Positions 19,606 to 28,807 of a DNA stretch of 64,000 bases are shown piece by piece; positions within the stretch are counted from its first letter, which is position 1, and every line of letters starts with the position of its first letter. Location of the stretch: IMG/VR virus record IMGVR_UViG_3300036982_001423; one strand, 5' to 3'. Made by a program: the position numbers and the translations under genes. The DNA comes from a virus (taxonomy: Duplodnaviria > Heunggongvirae > Uroviricota > Caudoviricetes). The notes under the pieces are model-generated. The model was not told the DNA's origin. It saw only the letters and a list, made by a program, of their open reading frames with translations, and made no database searches.

Positions 19606-19812
19606 ATGTCAGAACAACTCACAATAACGATCACCCCCGACGGAATAAAAATCGATGCAGCCGGATACACCGGGAATAAATGTATAGTGGAGCAAGATGC
19701 ATTAGAGAAGTTTTTACTTCAGACCGCCGGAGTTAGCACACGGAACAAAAACCAGAAAAGGAAACTTGAAACCAGCTATCAGAAAGCCCCCGGTAATCAG
19801 GTGAGGTATTAA
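19606..19812 (+). CDS. hypothetical protein
   Basis: coupled ORF; ends VRY like preceding gene. Confidence 0.5.
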   Translation: MSEQLTITITPDGIKIDAAGYTGNKCIVEQDALEKFLLQTAGVSTRNKNQKRKLETSYQKAPGNQVRY

Positions 19813-19814
19813 TT

Positions 19815-20579
19815 ATGGCAGTACCAACGGAAACATTAGACAGATCAATTTTTGTTGTCGGTATAAAAATGGGAAGCCCGAACCAGAGTAAAGGTGAAGA
19901 TCTGGACGAGTATGTTAGACAACTCACATACAAGAAACCGAAAGCTGAACGGTTACAGATCGGGAAAGTCCGGCAATCGATCAACGTAGTGGTTGACGGA
20001 ACATGCATGAAATTTTTCAACGTGAAGATCACCAACCAAGCCGGAAAAGAAACCCTTGAACGGGAATGCGCCCGAGCTGACGCAGAGATGAAGAAGATCG
20101 ACAGCACTATGCATGTAACCCCGGTCTTTTTCGAGGTAAAAGTATCATCCATGAACGCCGGTAACATGTTTGATCAAATGAAAGAACAGCTAAGCGTCCA
20201 AGTCCATCAAAAGGTACTGGATAGAGTAGAGAGCGCAATTGAGAACAGCCGGAACCCCGACGGCACGTATAAACCGATGACCGGCAAAACCCGCACAGCC
20301 TTGATCGCTATGTTAGACAAGATCAAGGAGATCAACGTATTAGGTGACGACGAAGTAGGAAACCGCATTGAAACCATGAAAGGACAGATCACCGAGGGCA
20401 GTTTAATCCCTATGCGAGATGAAATTTTAGCCTTGTTGGAGGATGTACAGGGCAGCGAGAACCTTGAAATCAGCCCCGACCAGACCGAGAGCGAGCACGA
20501 CCCGGACGAAAAGGAATACGAAGCAAAACCCTTCAAACCGAGCGCACAGGACGAGATCGCATTAGAGGATCTCATCTAA
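19815..20579 (+). CDS. hypothetical protein with acidic C-terminus
   Basis: 254-aa ORF. Confidence 0.6.
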   Translation: MAVPTETLDRSIFVVGIKMGSPNQSKGEDLDEYVRQLTYKKPKAERLQIGKVRQSINVVVDGTCMKFFNVKITNQAGKETLERECARADAEMKKIDSTMHVTPVFFEVKVSSMNAGNMFDQMKEQLSVQVHQKVLDRVESAIENSRNPDGTYKPMTGKTRTALIAMLDKIKEINVLGDDEVGNRIETMKGQITEGSLIPMRDEILALLEDVQGSENLEISPDQTESEHDPDEKEYEAKPFKPSAQDEIALEDLI

Positions 20580-20601
20580 TTTTTCGGAGAGATAAAGCAC
20601 C

Positions 20602-20787
20602 ATGATAGGAATATGCAAAAGCCGGAAGTCAGGACACACGGACACCGAGATCGACACCCTAAAAGAATGGAGATGTTGGAAATGTGTAGATATCGCATTC
20701 ATTAATCCGGAGGATAGAATTAAAGCTCAGCAAAAAGACTATTTTGCTGTTTGTGAGATGTGCCGGGATTTTACCCCGAAACCCTGA
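20602..20787 (+). CDS. small Cys-rich protein
   Basis: SD GGAGAGATAAAGCACC-ATG; C...C...CWKC...CEMC. Confidence 0.5.
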   Translation: MIGICKSRKSGHTDTEIDTLKEWRCWKCVDIAFINPEDRIKAQQKDYFAVCEMCRDFTPKP

Positions 20788-21072
20788 TATCCCCTCTATC
20801 ACCCGGCGTACCCTTAAGGGTACGCCTACCCTCTTTCCCCCCAAACAATGCATATACACAAAGGACTTTTTAAAGCACCTTTAGGGTTTAATCCCGTTGT
20901 GTATATCCCCGTATTATCGAAGTTAGTACGGAACGTTTTACACGCTGTTAAGCGTTATATTGTCCTTATGACGGTTCACTGCCGTATAAGGATTTTCAAA
21001 AGTATAGCTATTCGACCAACCCCGCACCCGACCCGTATAAAGGTCACAGTGCCCGTTTATTTGAGGATAATC

Positions 21073-21507
21073 ATGAGATCAAGCAAAGAGTTTAAATTAG
21101 AACCAACCAAGACCGGAACCCCCGCCTTGCCTGCCGGAGGAGGAGCTTATACGAATAAGTACTCAGCCCACACCGTACTATCAGCCGACCTTACTCATAA
21201 AACAGCCTTGTTTATCAAGACTGCCGGTAATCTGGCATGTATGAACGACCAAGCGATTATACCGATCCAGCAGGGGGATATCATAGTAATCTTACAGGGT
21301 CTTAAACCCGCGAGCGACCAGAACCCCGCAGCTAATATCGATGCATGGAAGATCACCGAGATCACCCCGACCACTGCAATAGGCGAGAGTATTGAGATCA
21401 CACACAACCAGATCCCTTATTCCGTGATAGAAGGATCACAAATCTACCACAACCGGGACGGCAGTTATTTCTGTTTATCCCCAGTAACAGGAGATAAAAA
21501 TGTCTGA
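21073..21507 (+). CDS. hypothetical protein (start chosen at ATG 21073 with SD GAGGAT; track ORF extends to 20848)
   Basis: Upstream extension has no SD and overlaps conserved motif region. Confidence 0.5.
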   Translation: MRSSKEFKLEPTKTGTPALPAGGGAYTNKYSAHTVLSADLTHKTALFIKTAGNLACMNDQAIIPIQQGDIIVILQGLKPASDQNPAANIDAWKITEITPTTAIGESIEITHNQIPYSVIEGSQIYHNRDGSYFCLSPVTGDKNV

Positions 21508-21916
21508 TATTTCAATGGGTATTAACCCTGAAATGGTTGAAATGCTCTTTAAAGAGTTGCAGATCAAGCCGGATCGCTATGACGCGATTTACGAGGTTTT
21601 AACCGAAGCAATCGCAATGTCAGGAGAAGAACCCCCAAACCCTTTCGATATGTTACAAAGGTTTATCGCCAAGACCTCAAAGGCTAATGAGCTAGCCTTC
21701 TTATGCTTCATGGCAGGCACGATCACCGGAACAATTGGCACACTCATCCAGAGCCACCAGAACACCCCGGAAATGTTGAAAAAAGCGATGATCTTTGGAG
21801 CTACACACTCCGAAGACGTACAAAAATTAGCCGCTGAAAATGGGTATAATCTCCCAACAGCAACCGCAGCAGAAGCCAAAAAGGTAAAACACCCCGACGA
21901 TATAATGTACGGATAA
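21500..21916 (+). CDS. hypothetical protein
   Basis: ATGTCTGA overlap; 138 aa. Confidence 0.55.
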   Translation: MSDISMGINPEMVEMLFKELQIKPDRYDAIYEVLTEAIAMSGEEPPNPFDMLQRFIAKTSKANELAFLCFMAGTITGTIGTLIQSHQNTPEMLKKAMIFGATHSEDVQKLAAENGYNLPTATAAEAKKVKHPDDIMYG

Positions 21917-22015
21917 TGTACGGATAATCATAATATTTTTGCACACCCCTAAAAACCATATACTTTTTGGGTCAGACCGAGAAGGATATTTTCAATATGT
22001 ATATGCAGGAGAATA

Positions 22016-22057
22016 CACGATCACGCCGACAAGAGGCACGATCACGGAGGAATAATT
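22016..22057 (+). promoter_or_regulatory. conserved leader CACGATCACGCCGACAAGAGGCACGATCACGGAGG (copy 2)
   Basis: See 17397..17435. Confidence 0.55.
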
Positions 22058-22219
22058 ATGAGCATAACAGATGAAAAAATTACACAATACATGATAGGAG
22101 GATTTTTCCTCATCATATTATTTGTTGGTCTTTGGAATGTAGCAGGAACAAATGGTATTTCAATCGCATGTTTCACCCTACTGATCCGCCAATGTTTAGA
22201 CCTAATGACAAAACCATAA
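22058..22219 (+). CDS. small membrane protein (53 aa)
   Basis: Strong SD GGAGGAATAATT-ATG; hydrophobic helices; below track cutoff. Confidence 0.55.
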   Translation: MSITDEKITQYMIGGFFLIILFVGLWNVAGTNGISIACFTLLIRQCLDLMTKP

Positions 22220-22299
22220 AAAATACGATCACAGGAGGATAACCAGATGATAACCCACCCATTTTTCACCACGCACAACGACGGAGAAAATTTTTACCG

Positions 22300-22566
22300 C
22301 ACCCACGAATGCCGAGCAACCGAGCCACAGATCCAATGCCAAGTTCCGATCCGCAGACGAATGCCGAGTAGTTTTGGGGAACACGGCATTGGCTCCACAG
22401 GTAAGGCATTAGGCTTCCATCCTGTATATGCAACACGAACTCCACTGGCGAGTCAAGGTATTTCGTGTGGAACACGGCATTAGGCTTCGACGGAATGGTA
22501 AAGAACACGCCCAGAATACCCCAGACAATGGGTATGTATATGCACAAGACATTAGGCATTACGACG
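22300..22566. repeat. cluster of GGCATTAGG / AATGCCGAG motifs in non-coding region
   Basis: At least 8 copies of the GGCATT/AATGCC core; same motif in opposite orientation at 15649..15816. Confidence 0.55.
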
Positions 22567-22576
22567 GAGGTTCAAA

Positions 22577-22780
22577 ATGTCAGACATAAGTAAAGGACTA
22601 AAATTAGTGCAAGAAACGGACGCACAGATTTATCAAAAAGTAAAGGAACTCAAAGACCTTATGTATGAGCGCAGAACTCTAATGGAAATGATCAAAGAGA
22701 AAGCGCCGGACGACTGGTTAGATCAATTTCTCACTACGGGTAATCAGATCTCAATAGAGGATATTGAGATATTCATTTAA
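22577..22780 (+). CDS. hypothetical protein
   Basis: SD CGGAGGTTCAAA-ATG. Confidence 0.55.
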   Translation: MSDISKGLKLVQETDAQIYQKVKELKDLMYERRTLMEMIKEKAPDDWLDQFLTTGNQISIEDIEIFI

Positions 22781-22986
22781 CTATTTCGGTTCATAGTTCC
22801 GAGGTTAAATATAACCGGGATAATACCCCGGCAGTATAGCAGGAGAACATCATTTTCCCTCAAAATATCAATATATTTTTCATACCTGTATATACATCGG
22901 TTCAATCCGAGGGCAGGTTTTCAGAGTATCGTAGGAGAACACAGCGCACAACTCAAAGAAAGTTAAGCGCACGTTAAAGGAGATTG

Positions 22987-23628
22987 ATGTATATGCACAG
23001 ACAAGAACCTATCGAAACTATTGTGGAACCCGCCCATTTCCGGGCAGGAGTTTACCACCAAACACAAACATTGAAAATCTATCAGGACGACGATCCGCAA
23101 AACCCCCGGACGGAATGGGATAACTTCGGGAAAATGGTATGCTTCCACAAAAGATACCAGTTAGGGGATGTAGGACACGGCATTAGTGAGGACGATTTTT
23201 CTGCATGGTCGGAACTGGAACAGTATTTGATTGAGGAGAAGGGTGCGGCTGTAATTCTGCCAATTTATATGTATGATCATTCCGGGCTATCAGTGAATAC
23301 GACAGGATTTTCGTGTTCATGGGATAGCGGTCAGATTGGATATACATATATAACCTGCAAAGAAATACTGGAGAATTGGGGGGAGAACCAGATCACAAAG
23401 GAACTCCGTCAGAAAGCCCATGATCTTTTAGTTGGAGAAGTCCAGAACTACAACGATTATCTCACCGGAAATGTATATGGATATATTCTGGAAGATGAGA
23501 ACGGTAACGAACTCTGGTCATGTTGGGGATATTCCGGGGATGGCGCAGTCGAGCAGATCAAATCCGAACAACTGTATATACACAACTCACAGAAATCCAC
23601 AGGAACTCAAGTTAATGCAGAGGCGTAA
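22987..23628 (+). CDS. hypothetical protein (MYM start)
   Basis: SD AAAGGAGATTG-ATGTATATG. Confidence 0.6.
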   Translation: MYMHRQEPIETIVEPAHFRAGVYHQTQTLKIYQDDDPQNPRTEWDNFGKMVCFHKRYQLGDVGHGISEDDFSAWSELEQYLIEEKGAAVILPIYMYDHSGLSVNTTGFSCSWDSGQIGYTYITCKEILENWGENQITKELRQKAHDLLVGEVQNYNDYLTGNVYGYILEDENGNELWSCWGYSGDGAVEQIKSEQLYIHNSQKSTGTQVNAEA

Positions 23629-23632
23629 AACT

Positions 23633-23848
23633 ATGGTTCAAAATTCTGAATGTGAAACACAAACACTCTATTTTCTCATTGAACAGGGTAAGGGTAAAAT
23701 CCTCAAAGCAGACCCCCTTCTAAAAAATATCGCAAAGAAATGGAATAACTCAAAACCGGGATCAAACTTTGTATTAAAAGGGCATGTAACCTTTGAAAAC
23801 AATAAACTGAAACCGTCAGAGCTAGCATTAGCAATAGATGGAGTGTAA
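23633..23848 (+). CDS. hypothetical protein
   Basis: first ATG after upstream stop. Confidence 0.5.
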   Translation: MVQNSECETQTLYFLIEQGKGKILKADPLLKNIAKKWNNSKPGSNFVLKGHVTFENNKLKPSELALAIDGV

Positions 23849-23851
23849 ATT

Positions 23852-24136
23852 ATGGCGACAGATGCTTATGATGTTTGGGATACCCTGTATGAAATCATGT
23901 GCGTACCCTGCAATCATCACGATTATTGCCACGGTACAGAAGATGAGGCAAATGATCAACAGATGATCGTATGTATGGGAAAAGGGCAGATCACCCGTAG
24001 TATCAAACAGCAGGTTGAAAAAGACGACATCGACAACCCGAAAGGAGTATGCCCAGAATGTGGTACAGAACTAAGAGAAGTCGTTGATCTTGCCAGTGGT
24101 AAACAGGTTTATGAATGTCCTGAATGTGGCGAATAA
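23852..24136 (+). CDS. Zn-ribbon protein
   Basis: CPECGTEL...CPECGE. Confidence 0.6.
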   Translation: MATDAYDVWDTLYEIMCVPCNHHDYCHGTEDEANDQQMIVCMGKGQITRSIKQQVEKDDIDNPKGVCPECGTELREVVDLASGKQVYECPECGE

Positions 24137-24274
24137 CTCCGGTATATATATACATTTTTCAGATACGCGGAAACAGCCGACCCCCCACAACACCCCGTTG
24201 TTCCGCCCGGTTATGGCGATGTATATACATTTTACAAATATTCAACGCATTTGGATTCGGAGAGATGATAACAC

Positions 24275-24565
24275 ATGAAAACAGCAGTTGTAAGTTCCAA
24301 AGACCTATTCGACAGAAAGAAAAACCCCACCCTATGCTTATCGGCATTGAGGGGTACAGGACAATGCCACAGATGCGACAAGATCTCAAAAGTGATCACA
24401 CATACCCCATTGAACGAATTACTATTATTATTAAAATGCAAACCCCATATATCACCTGAAAATATGGCGTTTATGAAAGAGTATGATGAACACTTACAAA
24501 AAAGAACCGTATTGGAGAATGAGATCGATCTACTCCGCAAACGGTTATCGCTGAAAGGAGAGTAA
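24275..24565 (+). CDS. hypothetical protein
   Basis: 96-aa ORF. Confidence 0.5.
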   Translation: MKTAVVSSKDLFDRKKNPTLCLSALRGTGQCHRCDKISKVITHTPLNELLLLLKCKPHISPENMAFMKEYDEHLQKRTVLENEIDLLRKRLSLKGE

Positions 24566-24569
24566 GAAC

Positions 24570-24824
24570 ATGGTAACATGCTACTCAAAACAATATCTGG
24601 ATGAAAATGAGATCATCGACAAGACATTCTATTCATCCAAGAACCCGGACGCAAAGAGGGAACGGGATACACTGGCACGACAGTTAAGAAAAGAGGGATG
24701 GAAAGTAACGACGAAACTCTACCATTTCTATGATTTTGGCGGGAGTGCTACATATACATTATTCGCAGAGCGGAAGAAAACCCCGACTGTAACTGGTGTG
24801 CAGCAAGAAATAGCAGTTGTGTGA
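24570..24824 (+). CDS. hypothetical protein
   Basis: 84-aa ORF. Confidence 0.55.
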   Translation: MVTCYSKQYLDENEIIDKTFYSSKNPDAKRERDTLARQLRKEGWKVTTKLYHFYDFGGSATYTLFAERKKTPTVTGVQQEIAVV

Positions 24825-25129
24825 TGTATATGCAGTTATCAAACTATTTCGAGAGGGCAGTCCCAAAAGAAGAAGATCCGACGTTAAGCAGTCCGATCAT
24901 ATATCGTGCTATCCAATTTGAAACAAAACTATCACCAGAGAGTATCAAAGAGATCGCCAGAGATGTTTATCCGGGCATAGAAAATCTAATAACAATTATC
25001 GGAGTAACCCCCAAAAGGATAACCCGTTTCAGGGTATCAGTGACGGATGCAAGCACATTCGCATTCGCTAATCTCATATACCAGTGGATGAATTGGGAAA
25101 ACAACGACAGCAAACAGAATAAATGGTGA
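24824..25129 (+). CDS. hypothetical protein (MYM start)
   Basis: GTGATGTATATG context. Confidence 0.55.
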   Translation: MYMQLSNYFERAVPKEEDPTLSSPIIYRAIQFETKLSPESIKEIARDVYPGIENLITIIGVTPKRITRFRVSVTDASTFAFANLIYQWMNWENNDSKQNKW

Positions 25130-25135
25130 GTAAAA

Positions 25136-25372
25136 ATGAACGTAAAAACTTTAATCGAACTCTTATCCCACGAAAATCCAGACCAAGAGGTATATTTTTC
25201 GTTTGACAGTCATGATCGTTGGGGAACCACGTTAGCCGCAAAAGTAACCGAGATCGGAGAAACAGAAATTCAATATACCGCATACCACGAATGTTTCTGC
25301 GTACCGAAATCAGACGAATCTAATGATAGTGAGAATGACGACAAACAAAAAACCGTAATCCTCCTATCCTAA
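25136..25372 (+). CDS. hypothetical acidic protein
   Basis: 78-aa ORF. Confidence 0.55.
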   Translation: MNVKTLIELLSHENPDQEVYFSFDSHDRWGTTLAAKVTEIGETEIQYTAYHECFCVPKSDESNDSENDDKQKTVILLS

Positions 25373-25382
25373 CAAGGAGTGA

Positions 25383-25964
25383 ATGTATATGTATCCCGTA
25401 CACACAAAAGGCGCGAGCCGAGTATATTCAATCGACGGCAAAGAAATTATCAGCGTTGCATTTTTCGATGAACACGGCATTGTCGCACAAACGACATTCG
25501 GATGGCTTGAAACCGGAGATCCGGATTCAACGTATCGGAAAGATGTTGAGGCATTGGAGTTAGAGAAAACCCCCAAGCGCAAACTGAAACCAGAGTTTTC
25601 AGAGATGTATATACAGCAACAGCCATTCATCGCCAGAGGTGAAGTTGCGATTGGGGGAACCGTAAAAAATACCGGATATATCTTGTATCTACCCTACCTG
25701 AAAGACGATTGGATGGTGGGTAAACAAACCGAAATTAGCGGTATTTATCAATCAGAGTATATCATTTACCACAACCCCAAGAACGGATATATTATTACTA
25801 CTTACAATGGAGGAAAACAGATTAAAGAGAATGTGGATTTTGTGGAACGGATCGCCATCCTATTAAAACCGATGGGGATACGTGAGAACACATTGAACTC
25901 TATATACATCATCGAGAACCGTCAAGAGATCGAGAAGTTGATCAGGGATTTCCATCATGCCTGA
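25383..25964 (+). CDS. hypothetical protein (MYM start)
   Basis: SD AAGGAGTGA-ATGTATATG. Confidence 0.6.
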   Translation: MYMYPVHTKGASRVYSIDGKEIISVAFFDEHGIVAQTTFGWLETGDPDSTYRKDVEALELEKTPKRKLKPEFSEMYIQQQPFIARGEVAIGGTVKNTGYILYLPYLKDDWMVGKQTEISGIYQSEYIIYHNPKNGYIITTYNGGKQIKENVDFVERIAILLKPMGIRENTLNSIYIIENRQEIEKLIRDFHHA

Positions 25965-26109
25965 CACATACATGATCGTGAGATGGTACGATGCAGACCG
26001 ACCAAACGAGATCAAACAACGCGGTCTAACATTAGAACAGGCAAAACGACATTGTATTGTGAAAGGTACAGGCGCAGGATGGAAAGAAGGATTTACAAAG
26101 GAGAATTAA
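25957..26109 (+). CDS. small hypothetical protein (50 aa)
   Basis: fills gap; overlaps upstream stop. Confidence 0.4.
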   Translation: MPDTYMIVRWYDADRPNEIKQRGLTLEQAKRHCIVKGTGAGWKEGFTKEN

Positions 26110-26110
26110 A

Positions 26111-26617
26111 ATGAGTACCAGATGCAACATTATTATTAAGGATGAGAGTAAAGACAAGTTGATTTTTTACCGTCATTCAGACGGATACCCGGAGGGTACA
26201 TTACCGACCCTAAAAAAGTTTATGAGCTGGGTAGAAAATAGCAAGATCAGGAACAACGTACCGCAAGCCGCCGGTTGGCTGATCATGATTGGTGCAACAG
26301 AGTACGGGCGTGTATATGTAGGTGGCGGGAAATACGAGCAGAAACCCTCACTCACCGAACCACAGACCGATCTTGATCACATCACTGGATGGCAAGTAGG
26401 GGCATACGAACCGACGACGGATATCCACAGTGATATAGAATATCTATATACACTGGACTTAATCACACTCACAATCACAATCCAAAAGGTGACCGGAAAA
26501 AACAAATACAAAACGATTGATACGATCAAAGATTTCAGCGAACCGAAACCAGAACCCACACAGGCAGAAGTATTAGCCTCCTACAACCAAGATCCGGAAG
26601 CATTGGAGATCATATAA
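26111..26617 (+). CDS. hypothetical protein
   Basis: SD AAGGAGAATTAAA-ATG. Confidence 0.6.
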   Translation: MSTRCNIIIKDESKDKLIFYRHSDGYPEGTLPTLKKFMSWVENSKIRNNVPQAAGWLIMIGATEYGRVYVGGGKYEQKPSLTEPQTDLDHITGWQVGAYEPTTDIHSDIEYLYTLDLITLTITIQKVTGKNKYKTIDTIKDFSEPKPEPTQAEVLASYNQDPEALEII

Positions 26618-26877
26618 TGTCGAAATATCAATTTTGTAAGGGCTGCGAGCATATCAGCACGATAAAATTACGTGGTATCCATTCATACCACGTAGATCAT
26701 ATAGACTGCCCGGCACGTTTCAACCCGTATGAACCGATTATTGATAATCAGGACAAATCACAGCGAAACCCCCATGCCTGCCCGAAACATGAGCGTTTCA
26801 TGTTGATGGAACAGATGAAAAAGACGGGATACAAACCACCGGAACTGGTTAGTCTATCACCACCCGACGAAACCTAA
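26617..26877 (+). CDS. Cys/His-rich protein
   Basis: CKGCEH...H..HVDHIDC...HACPKH. Confidence 0.55.
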   Translation: MSKYQFCKGCEHISTIKLRGIHSYHVDHIDCPARFNPYEPIIDNQDKSQRNPHACPKHERFMLMEQMKKTGYKPPELVSLSPPDET

Positions 26878-26977
26878 AATTTTTCTATGTGTATATACAG
26901 TAGAATCCCACCAGCGTTGTGTAGTCCCCGAACCAGCAGAACGACGGAGAGGCAACACTGAAAGGGTTAGGAGATGA

Positions 26978-27196
26978 ATGTATATGGAGTTTCCAAAAGA
27001 TGCAACGACGGAAGATAAGCAATTCTTAAAACAATGTTATCTTGACAATCTATTATTAGCGAGATCGCAATCCTATGAACGGATTAAGAAATTAAGGGCT
27101 AAAATTAAAGAAATATTAATCTTTATTTCAGAGGACAAACAAGAGATCGAACAACTCTCAAAAGAGATCGCAGAGGTTGAAGGTACGGAGATTTAG
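26978..27196 (+). CDS. hypothetical protein (MYM start)
   Basis: SD TTAGGAGATGA-ATGTATATG. Confidence 0.55.
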   Translation: MYMEFPKDATTEDKQFLKQCYLDNLLLARSQSYERIKKLRAKIKEILIFISEDKQEIEQLSKEIAEVEGTEI

Positions 27197-27199
27197 GCA

Positions 27200-27502
27200 T
27201 TGGTGATAAAAATGAAAGACGGTGAACGGATATTTCTCACATGCAAGTCAAAAGATTGCACCAGATCAGTTACAAACAAACGATGCACCTTATCACTGGT
27301 ATTATTCAATAACGCCGACGGCAAATTACTTGCATTAGACCTCAACAACCGCAAGTTTTGCACATTAGAATGTGATACCCCTCTTTGGAAGGTCAGCCCA
27401 AATAAACCCGGCAGAAAGAAATTATTGGCAGAGAATAAGAAAGCGAATATCGATCTTGACCTGTTAGACTTAATCGGTGAAACGGGATTGGAGATCACAT
27501 GA
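27200..27502 (+). CDS. Cys-containing protein with C-terminal LDLIGETGLEIT tag (family of 3)
   Basis: C-terminus matches those of 42550..43179 and 53166..53720. Confidence 0.6.
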   Translation: MVIKMKDGERIFLTCKSKDCTRSVTNKRCTLSLVLFNNADGKLLALDLNNRKFCTLECDTPLWKVSPNKPGRKKLLAENKKANIDLDLLDLIGETGLEIT

Positions 27503-27693
27503 TACAAGGAGGACGATGCCACAACTTAAAGTGTAAAGAATGGGTGTGGTATGATACAAACACAAAGGAAATAACGATCCCATGTCAGAATTGCGGTAAT
27601 CCATTCCCAGTAGCTGAGATATTAGAAAGAATACGGATCGATGATGAAAAATACGACCAGAAACACAAGAAGTCGAAACGGGATTGGAAATAA
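27499..27693 (+). CDS. Zn-ribbon protein
   Basis: CHNLKC...CQNCG. Confidence 0.55.
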   Translation: MIQGGRCHNLKCKEWVWYDTNTKEITIPCQNCGNPFPVAEILERIRIDDEKYDQKHKKSKRDWK

Positions 27694-27694
27694 C

Positions 27695-27859
27695 ATGATG
27701 CTTTTTGGAATTACAGACGACGAAATTGAGATTATCATATCCGCATTACATACAACAGACCCGGATAAAAGTTTAAATGCAGTAAAAACACTTGAAAATA
27801 TCCTATTTACCCGACAGATCACAAAAGATACAATCATGGAGGTAATAAATCATGACTGA
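27695..27859 (+). CDS. hypothetical protein
   Basis: ATGATG after upstream stop. Confidence 0.5.
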   Translation: MMLFGITDDEIEIIISALHTTDPDKSLNAVKTLENILFTRQITKDTIMEVINHD

Positions 27860-28055
27860 AATACCCGAAAAAGAATACCAAGAAATTATAACGTTAAGTG
27901 AACGCATTAAGCGGAGAGGGTGGGAACAAGACGACGATTTGAAAAACTTAACTAATCTACTCCACGCTTTACATGGGGAAGGGATCAGAGGGCGGGAATA
28001 TACCCCCTCCGGCAAACCATCGGTGTTTGTAAATGGTATATGGGTGGAGAGATAA
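27852..28055 (+). CDS. hypothetical protein
   Basis: coupled ORF. Confidence 0.5.
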   Translation: MTEIPEKEYQEIITLSERIKRRGWEQDDDLKNLTNLLHALHGEGIRGREYTPSGKPSVFVNGIWVER

Positions 28056-28056
28056 C

Positions 28057-28281
28057 ATGACAGATAAACAACCCCTGACAGACAGAATGAAATTAAGGAT
28101 ACAAGCCCTATCCGCATTAAAAAACGCACTATTACCGGGTTTTTGTGAAGGTATGGTATGTGATCAAACCTGCCCGTTATATATCCACAAATATCTTCAC
28201 AAACGAAATGAACCCTGCGAGTGGATGAAAACGTATGAAGCGATAGACCGCATGGAACTCATCAAACATGAAGGTGACTGA
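28057..28281 (+). CDS. hypothetical protein
   Basis: ATG 2 nt after upstream stop. Confidence 0.5.
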   Translation: MTDKQPLTDRMKLRIQALSALKNALLPGFCEGMVCDQTCPLYIHKYLHKRNEPCEWMKTYEAIDRMELIKHEGD

Positions 28282-28517
28282 TGTATATGGATATAGAAAA
28301 AGACTATGTAGATTTTGGCGAAGTGTGCCGTAACCAATTAAATATGCAATGTCAGTCAGGATATTACCGGCTAAAAGGACTACAAGGATATCCAGTTATG
28401 GGTGACGGATTGAGGGTAATAGGAAATGATTTTAATTATCATTCTCTTAAAATTCATAAAGACGATATCCAGAAATTCAAGGACAGGATCGACGCATACA
28501 ACAAGAGATACGAGTGA
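28281..28517 (+). CDS. hypothetical protein (MYM start)
   Basis: TGATGTATATG. Confidence 0.55.
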   Translation: MYMDIEKDYVDFGEVCRNQLNMQCQSGYYRLKGLQGYPVMGDGLRVIGNDFNYHSLKIHKDDIQKFKDRIDAYNKRYE

Positions 28518-28807
28518 TGTATATGTATCGCGAAGCCCAAGTCCCGATTAGTCCCACAGATTTCCATGAACCGGAAAAAGTAAGGGCAAAGATCAACCCT
28601 ACTCAATACATACTCGTCAACCCGCAGAACGGACACATCCACGCACAGGGTAGTTTACCGACAGTTGCGGCGGTATGGGGTATTGAACGCGAATTAGGCA
28701 ACGACTTGAAATTAGAAGTCAGGGAATTGTACCTGAAAGATCTTCGTACTGTAACCGAAGAAGAATTAAACTACGAAGTTGAACTGAAACGGCGCAGGGA
28801 GAGATGA
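28517..28807 (+). CDS. hypothetical protein (MYM start)
   Basis: GTGATGTATATG. Confidence 0.55.
   Translation: MYMYREAQVPISPTDFHEPEKVRAKINPTQYILVNPQNGHIHAQGSLPTVAAVWGIERELGNDLKLEVRELYLKDLRTVTEEELNYEVELKRRRER

Noticed and set aside
20848-21072. Long upstream extension of ORF 20848..21507
   Set aside because: No SD. The internal ATG at 21073 has a GAGGAT SD. The extension overlaps a motif-rich intergenic stretch.
22247-22483. ORF 22247..22483 and antisense 22266..22559
   Set aside because: They lie wholly within the GGCATT/AATGCC repeat cluster. Likely spurious.
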